Source: an uncultured cyanobacterium
GTDB lineage: Bacteria > Cyanobacteriota > Cyanobacteriia > PCC-9006 > JAAUQQ01
DNA length: 64,000 bases
Assembly (NCBI GenBank): GCA_963718615.1
Contig: OY970368.1
Coordinates: forward strand, 5,760,001 to 5,824,000
Reading direction: 5' to 3'
In this document: in pieces, positions 57,479-64,000 of the stretch
Layout of the letters: the number at the start of each line of letters is the position of its first letter
Numbering within the stretch: the stretch's first letter is position 1
The notes under the pieces: generated by a model
The model's input: the letters and a program-made list of their open reading frames with translations, nothing else
Database searches by the model: none
What the model was told of the DNA's origin: nothing
Made by a program: the position numbers and the translations under genes

Positions 57479-58318
57479 TTAGGATCCGGTTTTGAGCTTA
57501 TCGCCCCCGCTCACCACCGTGGCGGATTCAATCACGGCTCCCTGCTCGATTTGGTCGACGACCTCCATGCCTTCAGTGACGGTGCCAAAGACGGCGTACT
57601 CCCCATCCAGGAAATTTACATCCGCCAGGGTGAAATAGAACTGAGCCGAAGCGGAATCCGGGAATTGCGATCGCGCCATCGCCACCGCCCCTCGTTTGTG
57701 GCTGAGGGCTGGAGGTTTGGTCATCTGAATCGTGGAAAAGGGCGTGCTGTAGAGCGGTGCTTTCTCGCCCGTCGGCAAAATTTCGAGCGGAACATAGCGA
57801 GGTTCCTTCGTCGCCTCATCTATATAGCTGCCGGTTCCCAACATCTGCGGTGGCACATTGGGATCCTTGCTTTGGGGATCACCCCCCTGCACCACAAAGG
57901 GTTCGGGCTCGCGCACAACGCGATGGAACACCGTGCCGTTATAGACCTCCTTGTTAACCAGGTCTACAAAGTTACCTGCCGTAATCGGAGCTTTTTCGCC
58001 ATCCACTTCAATCGTGATCGGCGAACCATTCACCGTCATCACCACCGTGGCTTTGCCTTCTAGGCGGGGCAGATTTGGAAACGCTGTGGCGGGATCGACC
58101 GGGGTCGCTGGAGCACTGGGGCTCGCGTCCGTTGCGGTTGCTTCTCCGCTGGCGGTGGCATCGGCTGTGGCATCCGTGGCCGGCGTGGAGGCCGTGTCAT
58201 TGGCCGGACAACCCGTCAGGAACAGCATCGAAGTCAGAAATCCTGCGAAGAGAGCTGCCTTAGAAAGCGATCGCGCCTTGGGCATATCCGTACTCTGTCT
58301 CCAATGCTTAGTCTCCAT
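57479..58318 (-). CDS. Cyclophilin-type peptidylprolyl isomerase (lipoprotein; alternative start 58285)
   Basis: LTGC lipobox; [30 protein letters not shown]. Confidence 0.9.
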   Translation of the reverse strand: METKHWRQSTDMPKARSLSKAALFAGFLTSMLFLTGCPANDTASTPATDATADATASGEATATDASPSAPATPVDPATAFPNLPRLEGKATVVMTVNGSPITIEVDGEKAPITAGNFVDLVNKEVYNGTVFHRVVREPEPFVVQGGDPQSKDPNVPPQMLGTGSYIDEATKEPRYVPLEILPTGEKAPLYSTPFSTIQMTKPPALSHKRGAVAMARSQFPDSASAQFYFTLADVNFLDGEYAVFGTVTEGMEVVDQIEQGAVIESATVVSGGDKLKTGS

Positions 58319-58364
58319 TTATGCGACTCCCATGACATCACAAAACTTCTCAATCATGCCACAT

Positions 58365-59327
58365 TCAACTGATTTTGCTGGGCAAACTGCAATAGGCAAC
58401 CAGTGCGGTCAGCAACATCCCCCCAACGATGTATTTAAAACCATCGGCGATTAGGGGGCTGGGGGAGAAAAAGCCTTCGATTATACCGGCCATGAACAGC
58501 AGCGGAATCACACCAAACATGAGCTGGGCCGCGTCCAGCCCGTAGACCTTGAGCGCATCGCCCCGGCGATAGGAACCTGGAAACAGCAGCGCCCGACCGA
58601 TGAGTAATCCAGCGGCCCCTGCCAGAAAAATCGCCGGTAATTCCCAGGCCCCATGGGGAGCAACAAAGCCCCAGAAGGGTCCAGCTAGGTTGTTTTGGGT
58701 GACGAGGGTGGCGATCGCCCCCAGCATCAGCCCGTTGAAAAACAAAATCAAAACCGTACCGACCCCCGCCACCATGCCCCCGGCAAAGGTCCGAAAGGTC
58801 ACCGAGAGATTGTTGGTCATAATCTGTGCGGCTCCCAGCGGCTCCTTGCCCAGCAAAATCGAACCCATCCAGAGTTCGCCATCCTCCTGTACCTTGCGAA
58901 TCAGGCTTTCCGGAGCCACCAACGCCACAAAATCCGGATCCCCCCAGGCAAACCACCAGCCAATTAAAGCGCCCAGGAGAAATATTCCGGTCGAAAGGGC
59001 AAGATAAACCCATGTCCGCTGGACCACCGCCGGAAAGCCCCAGCGGTAAAACTGCCAAATGGCTTGCCAACTTTGGTGGCGTGGTTTTTGATAGACCTGG
59101 CTGTAGGCTCGCAGGGTGAGCTGTTGGAGTTGCTGGGTCAAACTATTGCCCAATTGTCGGGTTTGGGCGCGGGCCAAATCTGCGGAAACTGACCGATAGA
59201 GTCCTGCCAATTGCTTCACTTGGTCCGCAGACAGAGTGCGCAGACCGCGTTTTTCAACCTGCTGAAGCAAGGCATCAAGCTGTTTCCAACTGGGTTCCCG
59301 CCGCGCGATCCAACGTTTGACATTCAT
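58365..59327 (-). CDS. Stage II sporulation protein M (SpoIIM/DUF95) family membrane protein
   Basis: LYR....DLA, I..NN, NG..LG, PHG..EL, AG.IEGF. Confidence 0.85.
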   Translation of the reverse strand: MNVKRWIARREPSWKQLDALLQQVEKRGLRTLSADQVKQLAGLYRSVSADLARAQTRQLGNSLTQQLQQLTLRAYSQVYQKPRHQSWQAIWQFYRWGFPAVVQRTWVYLALSTGIFLLGALIGWWFAWGDPDFVALVAPESLIRKVQEDGELWMGSILLGKEPLGAAQIMTNNLSVTFRTFAGGMVAGVGTVLILFFNGLMLGAIATLVTQNNLAGPFWGFVAPHGAWELPAIFLAGAAGLLIGRALLFPGSYRRGDALKVYGLDAAQLMFGVIPLLFMAGIIEGFFSPSPLIADGFKYIVGGMLLTALVAYCSLPSKIS

Positions 59328-59351
59328 GGTTTAACTTAAATGGATTAATGG

Positions 59352-60176
59352 ATGAATCCTATGACTTCCTCTTCCTTAGGCCCGCTCAATATCGGTAATG
59401 TAGTCAGTGCGGCCTTTAGTCTTTATAAATCCCGATTTAAAACCTATTTGAAAATTGCGGCGATCGCCATTCTCTGGGCCTTTGTGCCGGTTTATGGCTG
59501 GGCCAAATGTGCCATGAATTTGGCGTTGATTGCTCGCTTGGCCTTTGGCGAAATCACCGACCAACCGGAAACCGTGGTGGAAGCCCGTCGCAAAATTCAA
59601 GACAAGCTTTGGAACTTCTTTGGCGCGGGCCTACTGGTCAACTTTTTGCAGGGGGCGATCTGCGTTGCGGTTTTGTTGGTCTGTGTGATTCTAGTGGCAA
59701 TTGTGGCCGTGGCAGTGGGTGCAGCGGCGGGGCAAACGGCTGGAATCGTCGCGGCGGTAATGCTCGGGATTGTGGCGTTTGTCGTGTATCTGGCGGCAGC
59801 GCTGTGGATTGTTGCCCGCTTTTTGGTTACGAGTATGCCGATCGCGGTTGAAGAAGATGTGGAGATTGGTGAAGCGATCGGTCGCAGTTGGAAGCTGACC
59901 CAGGCATCCGCCCTTCGGATCATGACGATTACGTTTGTGGCCGGTTTGATTACATTACCGCTGTCGTTGATTGGCAATTTCCCCCGCATCCTGATTCAGG
60001 TGACACCGGAGGATTCTCCTCTACTTGCCCTTTGGGTGTTGCTGTTTATTGTGATGTTAGGGATAACCAACATAATTGTGACTCCGTTTTGGCAGGTCAT
60101 TAAGGCGCTGATTTATTACGATTTACGCAGTCGCAAGGAAGGGCTGGATATTCAACTGCGCGATCGCCCTCTCTAA
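59352..60176 (+). CDS. Membrane protein (DUF975 / GPDPase-membrane-domain-like)
   Basis: PL.IGNVV, AI.RSW.LT, YYDLRSRKEG.D. Confidence 0.75.
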   Translation: MNPMTSSSLGPLNIGNVVSAAFSLYKSRFKTYLKIAAIAILWAFVPVYGWAKCAMNLALIARLAFGEITDQPETVVEARRKIQDKLWNFFGAGLLVNFLQGAICVAVLLVCVILVAIVAVAVGAAAGQTAGIVAAVMLGIVAFVVYLAAALWIVARFLVTSMPIAVEEDVEIGEAIGRSWKLTQASALRIMTITFVAGLITLPLSLIGNFPRILIQVTPEDSPLLALWVLLFIVMLGITNIIVTPFWQVIKALIYYDLRSRKEGLDIQLRDRPL

Positions 60177-60233
60177 ATTCACGAGTACATGTGCTAGTAC
60201 GTTCACCGCTTCAGTTCACTGGCAGCCAGACCC

Positions 60234-61055
60234 ATGCAGTTTTTCAAGCGAGTCAAACAACAAACTCCAGAAAGCGTCGAGCTAGAGTTTACGCTGGCGG
60301 GCATTGGCAGTCGTGCCTACGCTTTGACCATTGATTACTTGCTGCTGTCTTTGGTGATTCTTGGAATCCTTTTGCTGGGCACCCTGTTTGCCGCTCAGAT
60401 TGTGGCATTGATTAATCAGCTAGGGTTGTTGGCGCAGGTTGAACTTTGGTTGTTGGCGATCGCCATCGTCCTACTCTTCGCGGTCTACGTGGGCTATTTT
60501 GCGGTTTTAGAGGCGATCAGTCAGGGCCAAACACCGGGGAAGAAACTGGCTAAAATTCGCGTCATTCGAGACGATGGCCGTCCGGTGAGCTTTTTTCAAA
60601 CCGCCGTTCGATCCTTGCTGCGACCAATTGATGAAGCCTTTTTCATTGGCTTTCTGTGCATTGTGTTTTTTAATAAACAGGAAAAACGTCTGGGGGATTT
60701 AGTCGCGGGCACCTTGGTCATCCAAGCCGAAACCGAAGACCCCAGAAAAACGGCTGAGTTTGCCATTTCCGAAAACGGTAAGGCTGCGGCCAAAGCCCTT
60801 TTGCAAGTCACCGATTTTTCATCGCTTTTGCCAGACGATTTTGCCACAGTGCGTGAGTATCTCCGCCGTCGCCCCCATATGAACGCTGAAGGCATTAAAG
60901 CCCTGAGCCGTCGTCTGGGTGAGGAAATTCAGGCAATTTTGCAACTGGAGCAATTGCCCTACGACATGCCAGCGGATACGTTTTTGGAAGGGGTGTATGT
61001 GGGATACCAGGCTTCCCAGGATCCGTTGGAGGCCAATCCCGAGACCAATCCCTAA
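60234..61055 (+). CDS. RDD family protein
   Basis: TPESVEL...LAGIGSR..A..ID, GQTPGK, KRLGD..AGT.V. Confidence 0.88.
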   Translation: MQFFKRVKQQTPESVELEFTLAGIGSRAYALTIDYLLLSLVILGILLLGTLFAAQIVALINQLGLLAQVELWLLAIAIVLLFAVYVGYFAVLEAISQGQTPGKKLAKIRVIRDDGRPVSFFQTAVRSLLRPIDEAFFIGFLCIVFFNKQEKRLGDLVAGTLVIQAETEDPRKTAEFAISENGKAAAKALLQVTDFSSLLPDDFATVREYLRRRPHMNAEGIKALSRRLGEEIQAILQLEQLPYDMPADTFLEGVYVGYQASQDPLEANPETNP

Positions 61056-61106
61056 GGATGCCAGTGTTAGACTTTCAGTACGTCTGCTGGTCGGAGCAAA
61101 TGCCTA

Positions 61107-61772
61107 ATGACTGTTGTTACTTCGACACCATCGGTTTCTTCATCCCCTGCGACAGACCCTGCCTATGCTGCCGAGCAAAGAGTGTTGTTGCGTGGGATCA
61201 GTTGGACAAGCTATGAACAGATTGTGACCGCGTTGGAAGAAACGAATGCGGTCCGGCTGAGTTATTACCAAGGGTCCTTAGAAATTAGGACGCCGTTGGA
61301 AGCCCACGAAGGGCCAAGCAGTCATCTCAATCAGTTTGTCAATGTGGTCACGGAGGAAAGCGATCGCCCCCTCAAAAGCCTGCAATCCACCCGCCTCAAA
61401 CGTCCTGAACTAGCAGGGGCAGAGCCGGATCAGTGCTACTACATCACCCATGAACCTTTAGTTCGTGGCAAGACCGTGGATTTAGCCGTTGACCCACCGC
61501 CTGATCTGGTGGTCGAAGTCGATATTACCCACAGCGATCTGGATAAAAACGCCCTCTATGCCACCATCGGCATCCCGGAATTTTGGCGATATAACGGTCA
61601 AGTCTTGACCATTTATCAATTGCAAGAGGGGGTTTACCAAACGGTGGAGCAGAGTTCGACGTTTCCTAACGTACCCAAGTCAATGCTCTACCAATTTTTG
61701 CAGGATTGTGTCAGCGTTGGGGAGACCCAGGCCAAGCGATCGCTCCGAAAAGCCCTGAGCCAAGACCCATAA
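61107..61772 (+). CDS. Uma2 family endonuclease
   Basis: ISW..YE, EPD.CYY, PPPDLVVEVD, G.PEFWRY.G. Confidence 0.88.
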   Translation: MTVVTSTPSVSSSPATDPAYAAEQRVLLRGISWTSYEQIVTALEETNAVRLSYYQGSLEIRTPLEAHEGPSSHLNQFVNVVTEESDRPLKSLQSTRLKRPELAGAEPDQCYYITHEPLVRGKTVDLAVDPPPDLVVEVDITHSDLDKNALYATIGIPEFWRYNGQVLTIYQLQEGVYQTVEQSSTFPNVPKSMLYQFLQDCVSVGETQAKRSLRKALSQDP

Positions 61773-61807
61773 CCGCCGCTGAGCCATCGGGTGCCTAGAC
61801 TTAAGAA

Positions 61808-62638
61808 CTATTGGGCTAACTGCCTAATCAACTCCGGTGTCAGCGCTTCAATATTGGCCACCACCCAATCGGCACCGGCCTCCCGCAGGGTCTCTTCGTA
61901 TTCTTGCGATCGCCTCTCCGTCTCCTGCACATGGGGCGGCAACACCCCCACCGCAATCCAGCGACCCGAGGGTCTCAGCTCCCGCGCCTGCCGAACCGTG
62001 TACATATCCGCGACCGTATCTCCTGCGTAGATCACAGAATAGGTGTGATTTTCAGGGCTCAAGCGCTTTGCCATGGCAAACAACCCCGTTGGGTCTGGCT
62101 TATCTGGCGCTTCCCCCATCGCCACCAGCGGCGGTTCCCGCAACCCCAAACGCTGCTCCAGCACAAACGCCGCCGACCCCCGTGTTGCCCCACTAAAAAA
62201 CCCCCAACCAATCCCCGCCTGGGTCAGCCCCTGCAAATAAGCCCCACTCATCAGCAACGGCTCCTCGCAGATATAGCCCGTAAACGGATCCGACTCTGGC
62301 CCCCGATAGCGAAGCTGAAAATATTCGACGATCGCCTCATAATCAATCGGATATTCCGTGCGCGGCTGTCCCTGGGTTTCAAAATAGCGATAGACCAATT
62401 CCTGGGAGGCTTTCCAATCGTTATTCCAAACCCCTTCGGTTTTGAGTCGATCGATATCCAGCGGGGAAGGTCGATGGACTCCCCGCGTAAAATGCTCCAC
62501 GGTGTCGGCGATCGCCCGACGATAGGACCCGCTCACATCCCGCACCACGCCGTCAATATCAAAAATGGCGATCGCCCCAGAATGGGCTAAAGGATCTGCC
62601 AAAGAATCTGCTGAAAAATTTGCCGAAAAAATCGTCAC
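61808..62638 (-). CDS. HAD-superfamily hydrolase (TIGR01548 type)
   Basis: FDIDGV.RDV..SY, WNNDW, KPDP, YAGDTVADM; start uncertain. Confidence 0.85.
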   Translation of the reverse strand: MTIFSANFSADSLADPLAHSGAIAIFDIDGVVRDVSGSYRRAIADTVEHFTRGVHRPSPLDIDRLKTEGVWNNDWKASQELVYRYFETQGQPRTEYPIDYEAIVEYFQLRYRGPESDPFTGYICEEPLLMSGAYLQGLTQAGIGWGFFSGATRGSAAFVLEQRLGLREPPLVAMGEAPDKPDPTGLFAMAKRLSPENHTYSVIYAGDTVADMYTVRQARELRPSGRWIAVGVLPPHVQETERRSQEYEETLREAGADWVVANIEALTPELIRQLAQ

Positions 62639-62799
62639 CGCTCTCCACCCTTGCCCGCTCAGGTTCAAGTAACACTATCGAAATTGAGGGAAGTCAAACC
62701 GTTCAAATCGAACTTGATCAAAGTTCCTGTTCCACATTAGGATAAAGGGCTGTACTATGGTCAATTGTGTGCAGTTTAGGATAGGTCCTGGAGGTTGGA

Positions 62800-63099
62800 T
62801 TGTCCCGGTTTATTCTTAAGGTTTTGTGGCTCGATGAAAGCGTAGCCCTGGCCGTCGATCAGGTAGTCGGCAAAGGCACAAGCCCGCTGACGGCGTACTT
62901 TTTTTGGCCCCGCAACGATGCCTGGGAACAGCTCAAGACCGAGCTGGAATCCAAGCACTGGATCTCGGAAATTGAGCGCGTTGAATTGCTCAACAAGGCA
63001 ACCGAGGTGATCAACTACTGGCAAGAGGAAGGCCGTAAGCGTCCCATGGCCACGGCTCAGGACAAGTTTCCCGAAGTGGTGTTCACGGGGAGCGCTTGA
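62800..63099 (+). CDS. ycf65: 30S ribosomal protein PSRP-3 / Ycf65
   Basis: FILKVLWL...A.AVDQ..G.GTSPLT.YFFWPR.DAWE.LK. Confidence 0.93.
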   Translation: MSRFILKVLWLDESVALAVDQVVGKGTSPLTAYFFWPRNDAWEQLKTELESKHWISEIERVELLNKATEVINYWQEEGRKRPMATAQDKFPEVVFTGSA

Positions 63100-63214
63100 T
63101 TCTGCCTCAAGTTCTCGATCGCGAGTTTTGATGATTCAGAAGATGATTCAGATAAAAGCCCCTTCTCAATTTTTGCGAGGGGGATTTTGTTGTTCTACCG
63201 TTCAAAAAACGTTC

Positions 63215-63250
63215 AAAAAAGCAGGGACATGGCCCATGGCCGTCCCTGCT
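63215..63250 (-). terminator. Intrinsic terminator of the atpD-atpC operon
   Basis: AGCAGGGAC...GTCCCTGCT stem preceded by an A6 run (U-tract on minus strand). Confidence 0.7.
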
Positions 63251-63280
63251 GATTAAAGATTCTGTCAGCTCTGATGACTG

Positions 63281-63310
63281 TGTGTTTACACCTGGCTGTG
63301 TTTACACCTG
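63281..63310. repeat. Tandem duplication, 16-bp period (TGTGTTTACACCTG), spanning the atpC stop
   Basis: Read directly. Confidence 0.93.
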
Positions 63311-63709
63311 TCCACCCGCCGCTTGAACCCGCGCTCGTGCCCGCTTAAAGGCTTGAGTCGCTTGCAGTTTCTCTGTCTTGTCGTTGTCTGATGCTTTTTC
63401 GAGGCGCGCTTGCGCATCCCGATAGGCCGACTGAGCCGTGCTCAGATCAATGGCATCGCCTCGCTCTGCGCCATTGACAAGGACCGTCACTTCGTTGGCT
63501 TCCACTTCTGCAAAGCCCCCCATGAGGGCGATCGCCAACCACTCTTTGCCATCCCGCACCCGCATAACCCCTGTGTCCAAGGCAGACATCAGGGGGGCGT
63601 GTCCGGACAAAATGCCAAGCTGCCCCGTGGTGCTCGGCAAAATTACTTCTTCAGCCTCTGCGTCCCAAACAGTCTTATCGGGCGCAATGACTCTCACGGT
63701 CAAAGTCAT
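63302..63709 (-). CDS. atpC: ATP synthase F1 epsilon subunit
   Basis: [30 protein letters not shown]. Confidence 0.96.
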   Translation of the reverse strand: MTLTVRVIAPDKTVWDAEAEEVILPSTTGQLGILSGHAPLMSALDTGVMRVRDGKEWLAIALMGGFAEVEANEVTVLVNGAERGDAIDLSTAQSAYRDAQARLEKASDNDKTEKLQATQAFKRARARVQAAGGQV

Positions 63710-63729
63710 GTTGATTCCTCCACAAGTTG

Positions 63730-63755
63730 AGGGGCATTGCATGCAATGCCCCTAC
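63730..63755 (-). repeat. GTAG-type REP palindrome between atpD and atpC
   Basis: Minus strand GTAGGGGCATTGCATGCAATGCCCCT. Confidence 0.75.
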
Positions 63756-63794
63756 CGGTATCGATCGACCGAATCCTAAACCTCAGGGGCTAGC

Positions 63795-64000
63795 CTATTT
63801 GGCTTCGGCTTTCAGCTTCTCAGCTTTTTCGTAGACGTCATCAATGTTGCCCACCAGGTAGAAGGCCCCTTCGGCAATCTCATCCATTTCACCGGAGAGA
63901 ATCTTCTGGAAGCCCTTGATGTTGTCTGCCAGCTTCACATATTTGCCCTTCAGACCGGTGAAGATTTCCGCCACGAAGAAGGGCTGAGACAGAAACTTCT
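63795..64000 (-). CDS. atpD: ATP synthase F1 beta subunit, 3' end (partial)
   Basis: Manual translation [21 protein letters not shown]...GF..IL.GE.D...[10 protein letters not shown]...[10 protein letters not shown]. Confidence 0.96.
   Translation of the reverse strand, partial: KFLSQPFFVAEIFTGLKGKYVKLADNIKGFQKILSGEMDEIAEGAFYLVGNIDDVYEKAEKLKAEAK

Overview
Chromosomal window from a fairly GC-rich cyanobacterium, judged from very dense HIP1 (GCGATCGC) and from PSRP-3/Ycf65, cyAbrB, a PatA-type regulator and CruP. Housekeeping genes (pilT-like, GH57, glycogen debranching enzyme, alaS, aroA, rpoZ, atpD/atpC and others) flank two accessory blocks. (1) A ~3.5 kb decaying island after tRNA-Pro(GGG) holds a TnpB/omegaRNA remnant, a NACHT fragment, a dead DUF433/DUF5615 toxin-antitoxin pair and a Uma2 stump. 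Its only clearly intact genes are an AT-rich two-gene operon, a J-domain protein plus an HNH nuclease, which is the best candidate here for an undescribed (defence-like) system. (2) A 13-gene, 16 kb lipid-carrier amino-sugar glycosylation cluster lies head-to-head with a PPIase-HlyB-HlyD type I secretion operon. The window is also peppered with short tandem duplications (10-18 bp) that share no sequence. Many span stop codons, and the intragenic ones seen are all multiples of 3. GTAG-type REP palindromes are present too, one inside a CDS. Product calls come from motif and family recognition by eye; no searches were run.
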